From positions 14,903-77,894 of the forward strand of contig CAYUAW010000005.1 of assembly GCA_964442485.1 (NCBI GenBank): a stretch of DNA of 62,992 bases. Reading direction: 5' to 3'. The notes beneath the pieces were generated by a model. It did no database searches, was not told the origin of the DNA, and worked only from the letters and a program-made list of their open reading frames with translations. Origin of the DNA: an uncultured Polyangiaceae bacterium. GTDB lineage: Bacteria > Myxococcota_A > Polyangia > Polyangiales > Polyangiaceae. A program made the translations under genes and the position numbers. Shown in pieces: positions 9,797 through 18,359 of this stretch (position 1 is the stretch's first letter; each line of letters begins with the position of its first letter).

Positions 9797-10630
9797 ATGG
9801 CTCGAATGTTCGGCTTCATCGGCAATCGCGCCGATCTCGGCGCGCGCGTCCTGGCGCTGCATGCCGACGTCCTGAAGATGCCGGCGTCATCGGCCGGCCC
9901 GATGGGATGGGGCATCGGCTTCTACCAGGCGGGCGAGGTGCTGCTGCGCCGCAGGCCCATCGACGAGCGCGAAGCGATCGATCTGACTCCGGTGATCGAG
10001 GGCGTGCGCACCGACGTACTCATCGGTCACGTCAGGCGGCCGACCGTCGGCGGGCTCCGAACGGAGAACACGCACCCGTTTCGCTATCGCCAGTGGCTGT
10101 TCGCACAAACCGGCACGGTGGGTGGCTTCGCGCAGCTGCGCGATCGACTGCTCGAGTCGCAGCCGGAGTTCCTCCGTCGCAACGTACGCGGCGACACTGA
10201 CAGCGAGCTCTTCTTCTATCTCTTCCTCTCGTTCCTCCACGACGCGGGACATCTGGCAGACGGGCAGGTCGCGCCCGAGCACCTGCGCGCGGCGCTGCGG
10301 GCCTGCATCTCGCTCGTCGATCGCCTCTCCGCGGAGGAGGGCTTCCCGAAGAACACGGGAGACCTGCTCGTCACGAACGGCGAGTTCATGGTGGGCCTGC
10401 ACCGTGGTGAAGAGCAGATGGCGTACCGCGTATTGAACGGCCGCCACGACGTGGAAGAGCTACTCGGCGACGACGGGATGCAGCAAGCTCGCATCCCCAA
10501 CGTCGACACGACGCATTTCTCGATCGTAGCGAGCGGCCTCGCACGCGTGCCGGAGAGCTGGAGCACAGTGACCGATCGCACGTTCGTGACGATGACGCGG
10601 GCCAACGACCCGGCGTTCGAGCCCATCTGA
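9797..10630 (+). CDS. class II (Ntn) glutamine amidotransferase-like protein lacking the N-terminal Cys
   Basis: YafJ-like layout: MARMFGFIGN...GWGIGFY...IGHVRRPTVGGLRTENTHPFRY...GDTDSELFFYLFL. There is no Cys after the initiator Met. Preceded by a lower-GC 338-bp divergent intergenic region. Confidence 0.65.
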   Translation: MARMFGFIGNRADLGARVLALHADVLKMPASSAGPMGWGIGFYQAGEVLLRRRPIDEREAIDLTPVIEGVRTDVLIGHVRRPTVGGLRTENTHPFRYRQWLFAQTGTVGGFAQLRDRLLESQPEFLRRNVRGDTDSELFFYLFLSFLHDAGHLADGQVAPEHLRAALRACISLVDRLSAEEGFPKNTGDLLVTNGEFMVGLHRGEEQMAYRVLNGRHDVEELLGDDGMQQARIPNVDTTHFSIVASGLARVPESWSTVTDRTFVTMTRANDPAFEPI

Positions 10631-11313
10631 TGTCACTCGCCAGAGGGGGCCTGCGCCTCGCTCTGACGGCGTCGGTCGTCGCCCCGCTCGCTGGCTGTGC
10701 GGGGGGCGGCAACACGAACGCCGCCGTGCCGGAGACGCCGCACGAGACGAGCGCGGCGCACGGCTCCCCTCGCCCCGACGCGCCACCGCGCCGCGGGCTC
10801 GGCGTCGCAGTGGATCCGGAGCTAGAGCTTCCCGCGGCGGCTGCATCCGCGGCCGCGGAGAAGGGCCTGGTGGTGCTGGCGGCGCCCGTCGACGTGCGTC
10901 CGGCGCTGCGAGTGGTCGCGGATTTCTTCGAGGCGGTGAGCGCGGAGTCTCCGGAAATGCTGGAACGCCTGCTGGATCGTGCCGCCCACACCCGCGCGAG
11001 CCCGAAAGCTCGCTCGGAGGCCGCGCTGCCTTCCTGGCGGCGACGGTTCGACCGGCTCGACTACTCGCCGCTCGGAACCGAGCTCGTGTACCGCGCGGCA
11101 GACGTGAAGGTGCACAGCGCGAGCGACGCTGCGACCAGCGGCGCCGCGCGCCTGCTGCCGGTGGTGCCGAAGGGAGAAGAGATCGTCGTGCAGGTGTTTC
11201 CGGTCGGACAGACGGCGTCGAAGCTGCTCGGCAGTGAGCTCGATTTCGTGCTGAAGCCGTCCGCCGGCAGCTACAAGATTGCAGAGCTCGTAGAAGATTT
11301 TCGGTTACCCTGA
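10630..11313 (+). CDS. hypothetical lipoprotein
   Basis: Signal/lipobox LALTASVVAPLAGCAGGG. GC3-rich frame. One-base overlap (TGATG) with the preceding gene. Confidence 0.6.
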   Translation: MSLARGGLRLALTASVVAPLAGCAGGGNTNAAVPETPHETSAAHGSPRPDAPPRRGLGVAVDPELELPAAAASAAAEKGLVVLAAPVDVRPALRVVADFFEAVSAESPEMLERLLDRAAHTRASPKARSEAALPSWRRRFDRLDYSPLGTELVYRAADVKVHSASDAATSGAARLLPVVPKGEEIVVQVFPVGQTASKLLGSELDFVLKPSAGSYKIAELVEDFRLP

Positions 11314-11316
11314 GCC

Positions 11317-12117
11317 ATGCAGCAACGGGCCCTGAGCTGCTGGCAATGCGGGACGGTGCTGTCCGTGGCGGGAGGACGGTGCCCCGCTTGCGGCGCGGAA
11401 CAGCTCGCGCCGGAAGCACGGCGCGCCGGCAGGCCGCGCGAGTCGAGCGAGTCCGATGGTGAAGCGACACGGTCCTCGAGTCCGCTCCTGTGGGTCGCGC
11501 TAGTCGTGGGGCTCGGTGTCATCGGTGCGGGAGCGGTGCTGCTCCGGCCGCGCGGAGCCGGGTCGGAGGCGGCCGCGCATTCGCCCCTCGCCGCCGCGGC
11601 GGCGAGCGAAACGTCCGGTTCGTCCGCGAGCGACCTCGGCGCCGTCGACCTGAAGTCGGTCGATCCGATGGAAGCGCTCGGTCGGGCCAAGTCACGAGCT
11701 CTCGCCTGGAGCAAGGATGCCGTCCTCGTCTCCATGCGCGTGCGCCCGGTCGAATCGGGACGCGTGAACGTACAGGCTGGTGGGAGCGTCGAGTACTGGT
11801 TCGGCAAGCCGACCGGCGAAGGCTTCGGACCGGGAACGCGCATCGGCGGCAAGCGCCTGCACGTCTCGCTCGAGAGCACTGGCGTGAAGACGCAAGAGAC
11901 GCAAGGCTCCACCGGACGGGCCGCGCTCGAGCCGAACTGCCCGCTCGACGCCGCGGCGCACGCCGCGGTGGCAGCCGGTATCGCGCCGCCGCTCCTGGCG
12001 ATCTACGAAGTGACGGAGCGGCTCGCGCAGAAGCCCGTGTGGCGCGTGTCTACGGACGGCCAGGACGCTGCGCAGCGCTTCATCGACGGCATGTCGTGCG
12101 CCGTCCTCGTACGGTGA
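11317..12117 (+). CDS. hypothetical membrane protein with N-terminal zinc ribbon
   Basis: CWQCGTVLSVAGGRCPACG followed by the hydrophobic span LLWVALVVGLGVIGAGAVLL. The C-terminal domain is unrecognised. Confidence 0.6.
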   Translation: MQQRALSCWQCGTVLSVAGGRCPACGAEQLAPEARRAGRPRESSESDGEATRSSSPLLWVALVVGLGVIGAGAVLLRPRGAGSEAAAHSPLAAAAASETSGSSASDLGAVDLKSVDPMEALGRAKSRALAWSKDAVLVSMRVRPVESGRVNVQAGGSVEYWFGKPTGEGFGPGTRIGGKRLHVSLESTGVKTQETQGSTGRAALEPNCPLDAAAHAAVAAGIAPPLLAIYEVTERLAQKPVWRVSTDGQDAAQRFIDGMSCAVLVR

Positions 12118-12124
12118 CCCGCCG

Positions 12125-12634
12125 CTACATCCCGGCGAGGATCTTGAACGTCTCGCCGGTGGGCACGATCTCCAGGCGGTTGTCGGAGACCCGGCGCCTC
12201 CACAGATCGCCGCTCGGCGACGGGATCTTGTAGCTTGCGGTGTAAGTGTAGTCGACGAAGAGCGTCTTCTTCTTGCCCGGAAGCACCCGGCGGTAGTGCA
12301 TCTCGTAGCGGATGGCGCGGGTCTGCTTGAACTGCCCCTCGAGGTATTCGCGGAGGCCGTCGTAATCCATGTCGTCCGACGAGTCGGCGTTGCCGCCGTC
12401 CTCATAGTAACGCTGGTCGGCGAGCTTCAGGAGCATCGGGATGTTCCGCGCTTCGACCGCGTGGCGGTACTGCTCGCAGAAGTCGATGACGCGGCGGTTG
12501 TCCTCGGTGTCCTCGACGTCCGTGTTGGGAATGTAATGGGTGGTGCAGCCCCCCAGGGGGACCGCGAGCGCAGCGCACGCCAACAGGGCTCGGAGAGACA
12601 TCCCGAGTGCGAACGCCGGTCGAGCTTGGGCCAT
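12125..12634 (-). CDS. lipoprotein, possibly NTF2/SnoaL-like fold
   Basis: Lipobox LAVPLGGCTT. About 150 mature residues with an alpha+beta pattern (VIDFCEQYRHAVEARNIPMLLKLAD...). Lies 54 nt downstream of the second KS gene on the same strand. Confidence 0.6.
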   Translation of the reverse strand: MAQARPAFALGMSLRALLACAALAVPLGGCTTHYIPNTDVEDTEDNRRVIDFCEQYRHAVEARNIPMLLKLADQRYYEDGGNADSSDDMDYDGLREYLEGQFKQTRAIRYEMHYRRVLPGKKKTLFVDYTYTASYKIPSPSGDLWRRRVSDNRLEIVPTGETFKILAGM

Positions 12635-12688
12635 TCCGCGGCGGACAGTGCCAGATACCTGCGTCGACCAGCAAGCCTCGCGATGGCC

Positions 12689-14560
12689 TCAGCCATCGGG
12701 GACCGCGAGCGCCGCCTGAAAAGCGGGCCAGCCCCGGCGAAGCTGGGCGTCCCAGCCAGGGCGGCTCCGGGCGTCCCGAGCACGCCCCACCGCCGCGAGC
12801 ACCCGGCCGTCGTCTGCGAGCGAACGCCCGAGGACGACTGCGAGGGCACCGTCCTCCGGAGCCGAAAGGCCCATCGTGCCCCAGAGCTCTCGGACGACGT
12901 CCCCCACCTGCTCGGCGGCGATCACGATGACGCTCTCGGCGTCGCCCGCGGCGATCAGATCGAACCCCACGAGAAGCGCTTCGATATCCGCGTCCTGGCC
13001 TGCTCCGACGGCAAGCGAAGGGCCCTTCAGCCCGAAGGCGATGGTGCAGTTGCCCGCCGGCAGGTTCGGCGACGTCGCCGGAAATCGACGCGGATCGACC
13101 CCACGTGGCCCCCTCTCGCTCAGGCGTTGCGCGAACGCCGCGTCGATCTCGAGCGTCGCCGCAGCGGTGCCCACTACGACGCCCATGCTCTCACGCGCGA
13201 GCGACCCAGCCCTGGAGAGCGCGCTGGCTGCGGCGGCGACGACGGACGCCGACAACGGATCGAGGCGCGACACGGCGGCACGCGGCAAGCGCGTCTCGGC
13301 AGCAATGGCGGCCAGATCCGCCGCGACGCATGGCTCTCCCCTTCCGACGATCGTGACGTGATGGCGGGACGGCGCGCGCCCCTCGCCGGGCTCGGTGGTC
13401 AGCACGAGCGCGGCATTCGCTCCGCCAAAGGCTGCCGAGAGCTTGAGGCACGTCCGCGGCGCGCCGCTCTCGTTTCGTTCGAGCAGCCTGCCGCGAAACG
13501 CTTCGTCGACGTCGCCCGTTCCAACCGCCGCCGGGACGACGCCGCGCTTCATCGCGTCGAGCGCAGCGAGCGCTTCCAGCGCCGAGCTCGCGCCGAGGGT
13601 GTGACCTATGACTGCTTTGAGGGGATGCACGGGGACGGGAGGGACGCCATCGAGCAACGTCGCAAGCGCCCGCGCCTCGGCAGCGTCGTTCAACGGCGTT
13701 GCGGTCGCATGAGCGCTCACCAGCTCGATGTCCGACGGCTCGAGCGCGGCGTCGTCGAGCGCCGCTCGAGCGGCGCTCACCAGCCCTTTCCCTTCAGGAT
13801 CCGGCGCCGTCACGTGGCTAGCGTCCGATGTCATGCCGAAACCGCGCACGTACCCGGCGCCGCCCTTCGGCTCTCCCGACGGTGAAAGCGCGAGAAGCGC
13901 AGCGCCCTCGCCGAGTGCCATGCCGTCGCGATCCTTCCTGAAGGGGGAAGGGGGACCGTTGGTCGTCGCTCCGAGCGACTCGAAGCCCGAGGCAACGAGC
14001 TCGCCCACGCCGTCGTAGCCGCCTGCGATGACGAGGTCGGCGCGGCCGAGCGAGAGCCACCGGCACGCGAGCCCGATAGCCGCCCCCGATGACGCGCAAG
14101 CCGCGAGCACCTGCGCTTGCGCGACGGGCACCACCCCGAGCGCCGCCAGCGCACGCAGAGGGCCGAAATACGGCGCCCCTTCTGCGAGCTCCTTCGGAAC
14201 CGCGCGACCCTCGCGCCGCAATGCGAGCGCCCGACACAGCGCGATCATTCCTCCCGAGGATGTCCCGAGCACGAGGCCCACGCGACAGCGTCGCCACCCC
14301 GGCTGCCAGGCGTCGAGCGCGACGACGAGCGCGCGCACGGCGCGAGCGAGGAGCGCTTCGGCTGGGTCTACGCCCGCCTCTTCGAGCCCGAGCGTCACGG
14401 CGCGACCGACCCACGGCCTTGCGAACCCCGCATCGCGAAGCCGCGCGTCTTCGGCGATCCGCGAGCGCGGAACGTCGCCAGCGACCCCGACGTCATATGC
14501 GGCGCGCCCACTGCCCAGCGCCGACTCGGCCGCGGCGGCGACGATCGACACCGGTCTCAC
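12689..14560 (-). CDS. beta-ketoacyl synthase fused to a C-terminal KS-N-terminal-like (Cys-less) domain
   Basis: ORF 12689..14605, with the start moved to the GTG at 14560 (GTGA overlap with the upstream stop; N-terminus VRPVSIVAAAAESALG). Catalytic motifs are present: LAACASSGAAIG, DASHVTAPD, SAHATATPLND and GHTLGASSALEA. Residues from about 416 onward repeat a KS N-lobe pattern (GVVVGTAAATLE...AGNCTIAFGLKGPSLAVGAGQDADIEAL...VIVIAAEQ) with no active-site Cys. Confidence 0.8.
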   Translation of the reverse strand: MRPVSIVAAAAESALGSGRAAYDVGVAGDVPRSRIAEDARLRDAGFARPWVGRAVTLGLEEAGVDPAEALLARAVRALVVALDAWQPGWRRCRVGLVLGTSSGGMIALCRALALRREGRAVPKELAEGAPYFGPLRALAALGVVPVAQAQVLAACASSGAAIGLACRWLSLGRADLVIAGGYDGVGELVASGFESLGATTNGPPSPFRKDRDGMALGEGAALLALSPSGEPKGGAGYVRGFGMTSDASHVTAPDPEGKGLVSAARAALDDAALEPSDIELVSAHATATPLNDAAEARALATLLDGVPPVPVHPLKAVIGHTLGASSALEALAALDAMKRGVVPAAVGTGDVDEAFRGRLLERNESGAPRTCLKLSAAFGGANAALVLTTEPGEGRAPSRHHVTIVGRGEPCVAADLAAIAAETRLPRAAVSRLDPLSASVVAAAASALSRAGSLARESMGVVVGTAAATLEIDAAFAQRLSERGPRGVDPRRFPATSPNLPAGNCTIAFGLKGPSLAVGAGQDADIEALLVGFDLIAAGDAESVIVIAAEQVGDVVRELWGTMGLSAPEDGALAVVLGRSLADDGRVLAAVGRARDARSRPGWDAQLRRGWPAFQAALAVPDG

Positions 14561-16737
14561 GACGGCCTCGTCAGGTGAAACGCGTAGGCACGCGCCTCGG
14601 TCCATTCGAGGACGAGCGCGTCATCGGCATCGCCACGCGCGATGCACGCAGCACCGAACGCGAGTCCGAGCCCGGCTCCATCGCTCGCGGCAGAGGCCGC
14701 TGCGGGCGCCGGAACCCCCGACCACCCGGTGCCGGCGAGGAGTGACGCCGTGCGGCGCGCGTTGCGCGCACCGATGACGACCGCACGTGCGGCGTCGTGA
14801 GGAGGCTCGAGCGACAGCGCGCGGGGGTCGCTTGCAGCTCTTTCCTGCCGCGACGCGATCGACGCGACGACCCGTGCGCCCCGCTGCCGGGCGCATTCCT
14901 CCGGCTCCAGAACGAGGAACGCCGCGGCGTCTTTTCGCCCCTGAAGCAGCGCGCCGCAGACGGGGCCGAGCACGCCCGCGGAGAACCCGTCGCGGACGAC
15001 GACACCGCCGGCAACCATGGCCTCTGCCATGCCTGATCCGAGCAGATCACAGGCGACGAGGACCGATTCCTCGGCGCTCGCGTCGAGGCCGCTCACCGTC
15101 ATCACCGGACCCGTGAGCCCGAGGTAGATCGACGCATTCCCCGAGGACGAGGATGGCAGCAGATGAGGAAACTCCGCCGGCGGAGCACGTCTGGCGCCCC
15201 TCTCGAGCGCGGTACGCAGGAACGACACAGTTCGCTCCACGCTCCCGAACGCAGCGCCGGCGACGAGCCCGACGCCAGCGGGCGAGAGGCCCGCGTCGCG
15301 GAGCGCGCGCTCGGCGCCGAGCGTCACGAGCGCCGTCTGCACGTCGAAGCGACGCGACCGCGAAGGCTCGAGCGCGTCGACGATGCGCGGCGCGAGCAGC
15401 GTCTCGCCCGAGGCAGGCCGCGCGTCGTTTCGAGCCATCTCGCCGTCGATGCTCGCGACCCCGGTGATCGCGACCCGACCGGTCGGGCAGGCGCCGACGG
15501 CTCCCATGCCGGAGCGGCGCGGCTTTGCGCTGGCCGCCTCGAAGAGCAGCACGGCGCCGGCGCCTCCGAAGCCGAACGCGCTGGACATGGCGGCACGGAG
15601 ACTCGCAGCTCTGCCCACTCCGAGCACGTGATGGAGCGCGCAGGCGGCGTCGGGCTCGACCAGCCCTCCCGTCGGCGGGACTGCTTGCCGCTCGATGGCG
15701 AGCACCGTGATGGCCGCCTCGATGGCTCCGGCGGCGCCGAGGGTGTGGCCAATCTGGCCTTTGGAGGACGACACGAGCAGCCGCTCCGTCGCGGCGCCGA
15801 ACGCTGCGCGGATGCCGGCGGACTCCACCGCGTCGTTCGAGGTCCCGGTGCCGTGCGCGTTCAGGTAGTCCACGTCGTCGGGCCGGAGACCCGCACGCTC
15901 CATGGCCTCGGCGAGCAGACGCGCGGGCATGCGCGAATTCGGTTCCGGCTGCGTGATGTGGTGCGCCTCCGCCCCCGCTGCCCAGCCCGTGAGCCACGCC
16001 GCGACGCGCGCGCCGCGCCGCAGTGCTCGCTCCTCGGATTCGAGAACGAGGAACGCTGCGCCCTCACCCAGCGTCAGTCCGGCACGATCGCGATCGAACG
16101 GCCGACAAGGCACGACGTCGGTAGCGCCGAGTGCGTTGAAGCCGGTCACCGTCAATCGGCAGAGAGCATCGGTCCCACCGGCGAGCGCACAATCGACGTC
16201 GCCTGCACGGATCCACTGCGCCGCCTGGATGATGGCGCTCGCGCCGCTCGAGCACGCGCTGCATAGCGTGGCGAGGCGCGCCGGGGCGCCGAAAGCGCCT
16301 CCCAGCCGCTCCGCGGTGCTGCTCATCGGATACGAGGCGAGCCGCGTTCGCAACTCCTCCGGCAGAGCCGCCTCGGGAAAGCGAGCGAGCACCGGCTCGG
16401 CCTCGAGCATTCCGCCGGTCGTCGCGCCGACGGCGATGCCGAGCTTCGCTCGCTGGAGCGCCTGCCCGCCCGACGTCGCGAGCGCGTCATGAGCGGCCGC
16501 GAGCGCGAGCGCATCGCTCCGCGATAGCGGCCCGAGCCCTTCCCGGCGCTCCCATTGCTCCGGAGCAAAGTGTGGAACCTCTGCCGCGAAGCGCGTGCGC
16601 TGACCCGCGACGTCGAACAGCGAGATCTCGGAGAAGCCGCGTTCTCCGCGAAGCAGCCGATCGAAGGTCGATTCCGCGCTCGCGCCGAGTGCGCTGACGA
16701 TCCCGACGCCGGTGACGGCGACGCGACCAGCCGTCAT
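14557..16737 (-). CDS. beta-ketoacyl-ACP synthase (FabF-like) fused to a C-terminal degenerate KS-like domain
   Basis: VAVTGVGIVSALG, LCSACSSGASAI (Cys), AEAHHITQPE, NAHGTGTSNDAVE and GHTLGAAGAIEA. Residues from about 419 to 726 form a second, shorter KS-like unit (VAITGVASI...GNASIYLGLTGPVMTVSGLDASAEES...AAAFLVLEPEECARQRGARV) without the Cys. ATGA overlap with the ACP stop. Confidence 0.85.
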   Translation of the reverse strand: MTAGRVAVTGVGIVSALGASAESTFDRLLRGERGFSEISLFDVAGQRTRFAAEVPHFAPEQWERREGLGPLSRSDALALAAAHDALATSGGQALQRAKLGIAVGATTGGMLEAEPVLARFPEAALPEELRTRLASYPMSSTAERLGGAFGAPARLATLCSACSSGASAIIQAAQWIRAGDVDCALAGGTDALCRLTVTGFNALGATDVVPCRPFDRDRAGLTLGEGAAFLVLESEERALRRGARVAAWLTGWAAGAEAHHITQPEPNSRMPARLLAEAMERAGLRPDDVDYLNAHGTGTSNDAVESAGIRAAFGAATERLLVSSSKGQIGHTLGAAGAIEAAITVLAIERQAVPPTGGLVEPDAACALHHVLGVGRAASLRAAMSSAFGFGGAGAVLLFEAASAKPRRSGMGAVGACPTGRVAITGVASIDGEMARNDARPASGETLLAPRIVDALEPSRSRRFDVQTALVTLGAERALRDAGLSPAGVGLVAGAAFGSVERTVSFLRTALERGARRAPPAEFPHLLPSSSSGNASIYLGLTGPVMTVSGLDASAEESVLVACDLLGSGMAEAMVAGGVVVRDGFSAGVLGPVCGALLQGRKDAAAFLVLEPEECARQRGARVVASIASRQERAASDPRALSLEPPHDAARAVVIGARNARRTASLLAGTGWSGVPAPAAASAASDGAGLGLAFGAACIARGDADDALVLEWTEARAYAFHLTRPS

Positions 16738-17000
16738 CCCGGGGACCGTGTGGCGACGACGTGGCGAGCGAGCGCCGAGACCGACGCGAAGATCTCCTTC
16801 GCGCGATCGTCCTCTGGGATGAGGATGCCGAAGCGCTCCTCGATCGCGACCGCCAGCTGCAGCGCGTCGAGCGAGTCGAGGCCGAGCCCCTCACCGAAGA
16901 GAGCCGCGTCGTCGTCGATGCTCGCCGGGGTCTGATCGCGCAGATCGAGCTCGTCGATGATGAGGCGTTTCAGCTCCAGCTTGAGGTCGTCGAGCTCCAT
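16734..17000 (-). CDS. acyl carrier protein
   Basis: 88 aa with phosphopantetheine attachment motif GLGLDSLDALQLAVAIEE. A GAGGGGA Shine-Dalgarno-like element lies 8 nt upstream. Confidence 0.9.
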   Translation of the reverse strand: MELDDLKLELKRLIIDELDLRDQTPASIDDDAALFGEGLGLDSLDALQLAVAIEERFGILIPEDDRAKEIFASVSALARHVVATRSPG

Positions 17001-17019
17001 CGCGGCCGTCCCCTCGCGC

Positions 17020-18036
17020 TCAGGCCCCGGCCTTGCGGCGGATCGCGTTCACGACGTCGCGGTCCTTCACGCCGTCCGCCTCGGCACGGTAGCCGAGGAC
17101 GAGGCGGTGCCGCAGCGCTGGCAGCGCCATCGCTGCGATGTCCTCGACATCCGCGGCCGCCTCGCCCCTGGCCGCCGCGCGCGCCTTGGCAGACAGAACC
17201 AGGGCCTGGCTCCCGCGTGGGCCGGCTCCGAAGCGGACGTAACGCCGCACCTCGTCCGGCGCCTCCGGCGTTGAAGGACGTGACAACCTTGATAGCCGCA
17301 CGGAGAGCTCGATGGCCTCTTCCGTCACGGGGATCCGTGGAACGAGCTCCGTGAAGGAGCGCAGCTCGGCGGCGACCAGCACGGGTTCGAGCTTCTTCAA
17401 GCGGCCCGACGTCGTGCGGCGCGCGATTTCGCGCTCCTCGTCCTCGGACGGGTAGTCGACGTGGATGTCGAGCAGGAAGCGGTCGAGCTGCGCCTCGGGG
17501 AGGGGATAGGTGCCCTCTTGCTCGATCGGATTCTGCGTCGCGAAGACCTGGAAGGGGTCCGGCAAGGGGTGCGTGTTGCCGCCGACGGTCACGCAGCGTT
17601 CCTGCATCGCCTGCAGCATCGCAGCCTGGGTCTTCGGCGGAGTGCGGTTGATCTCGTCGGCGAGGATCAGATTGTGGAAGATCGGCCCCGGCAGGAAGCG
17701 AAGCTCGCGCCGGATGCCGGCCCCGACCTCGACCTCGTTCAGGACGTCGGTACCGGTGATGTCCGCAGGGAGCAGATCCGGCGTGAACTGGACGCGCCCG
17801 AATGTCAGCCCCAGGGAATCCGCGACTGACCCGACGATGAGGGTCTTGGCGAGGCCGGGAACCCCGACGAGGAGCGCGTGCCCCCGCGCCAGCAGGGTCA
17901 CCAGCATCGCGTCCACGACCTCGTCCTGACCGATAACGACCTCGGCGACCTGGGCCTTCAGGCGCGCACAGGCGGCGGCGCAGCGATCGAGCAGTTCCGC
18001 AGGGCGAAGCGGTGTTTCCAGGACGGGTGCAGTCAC
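17020..18036 (-). CDS. MoxR-family AAA+ ATPase
   Basis: [32 protein letters not shown] (Walker A), [12 protein letters not shown] and [21 protein letters not shown]. Only 19 nt upstream of the ACP gene. Confidence 0.9.
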   Translation of the reverse strand: MTAPVLETPLRPAELLDRCAAACARLKAQVAEVVIGQDEVVDAMLVTLLARGHALLVGVPGLAKTLIVGSVADSLGLTFGRVQFTPDLLPADITGTDVLNEVEVGAGIRRELRFLPGPIFHNLILADEINRTPPKTQAAMLQAMQERCVTVGGNTHPLPDPFQVFATQNPIEQEGTYPLPEAQLDRFLLDIHVDYPSEDEEREIARRTTSGRLKKLEPVLVAAELRSFTELVPRIPVTEEAIELSVRLSRLSRPSTPEAPDEVRRYVRFGAGPRGSQALVLSAKARAAARGEAAADVEDIAAMALPALRHRLVLGYRAEADGVKDRDVVNAIRRKAGA

Positions 18037-18176
18037 GGCTCAGGGAGGGAGCCCGGCGCGTTGAAGAGCCAGGGAACACGGGGAGCCTAGCACCGAGGGG
18101 TCCCCCGGTGGTCAAGGGGACACCCCGAAGAATGGTTTTGCGCGCGCCCGACCGACCGTATAAGGAGCGCCAGCGC

Positions 18177-18359
18177 ATGCGAGCAGACCCGCGTTCAGAA
18201 GATGAGGCGGGCCGCACCGTGATCGAGCGCCCGCCGCCGGGCCTGTCGCGCGGGCGGTATCCGGCCCCGGCGTGGGCCGTCCTGGCTCTCGGGGCGGCGC
18301 TGGTTCTCGGGGCGCTCGTCTACTTCGGGTGGCGCGCTCGGGGCCGAGTGCGTCGATGA
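18177..18359 (+). CDS. small single-pass membrane protein (60 aa)
   Basis: Part of ORF 18012..18359. The ATG at 18177 is preceded by AAGGAG (18162-18167). Hydrophobic span WAVLALGAALVLGALVYFGW. The stop overlaps the next start (ATGA at 18356-18359). Confidence 0.4.
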   Translation: MRADPRSEDEAGRTVIERPPPGLSRGRYPAPAWAVLALGAALVLGALVYFGWRARGRVRR

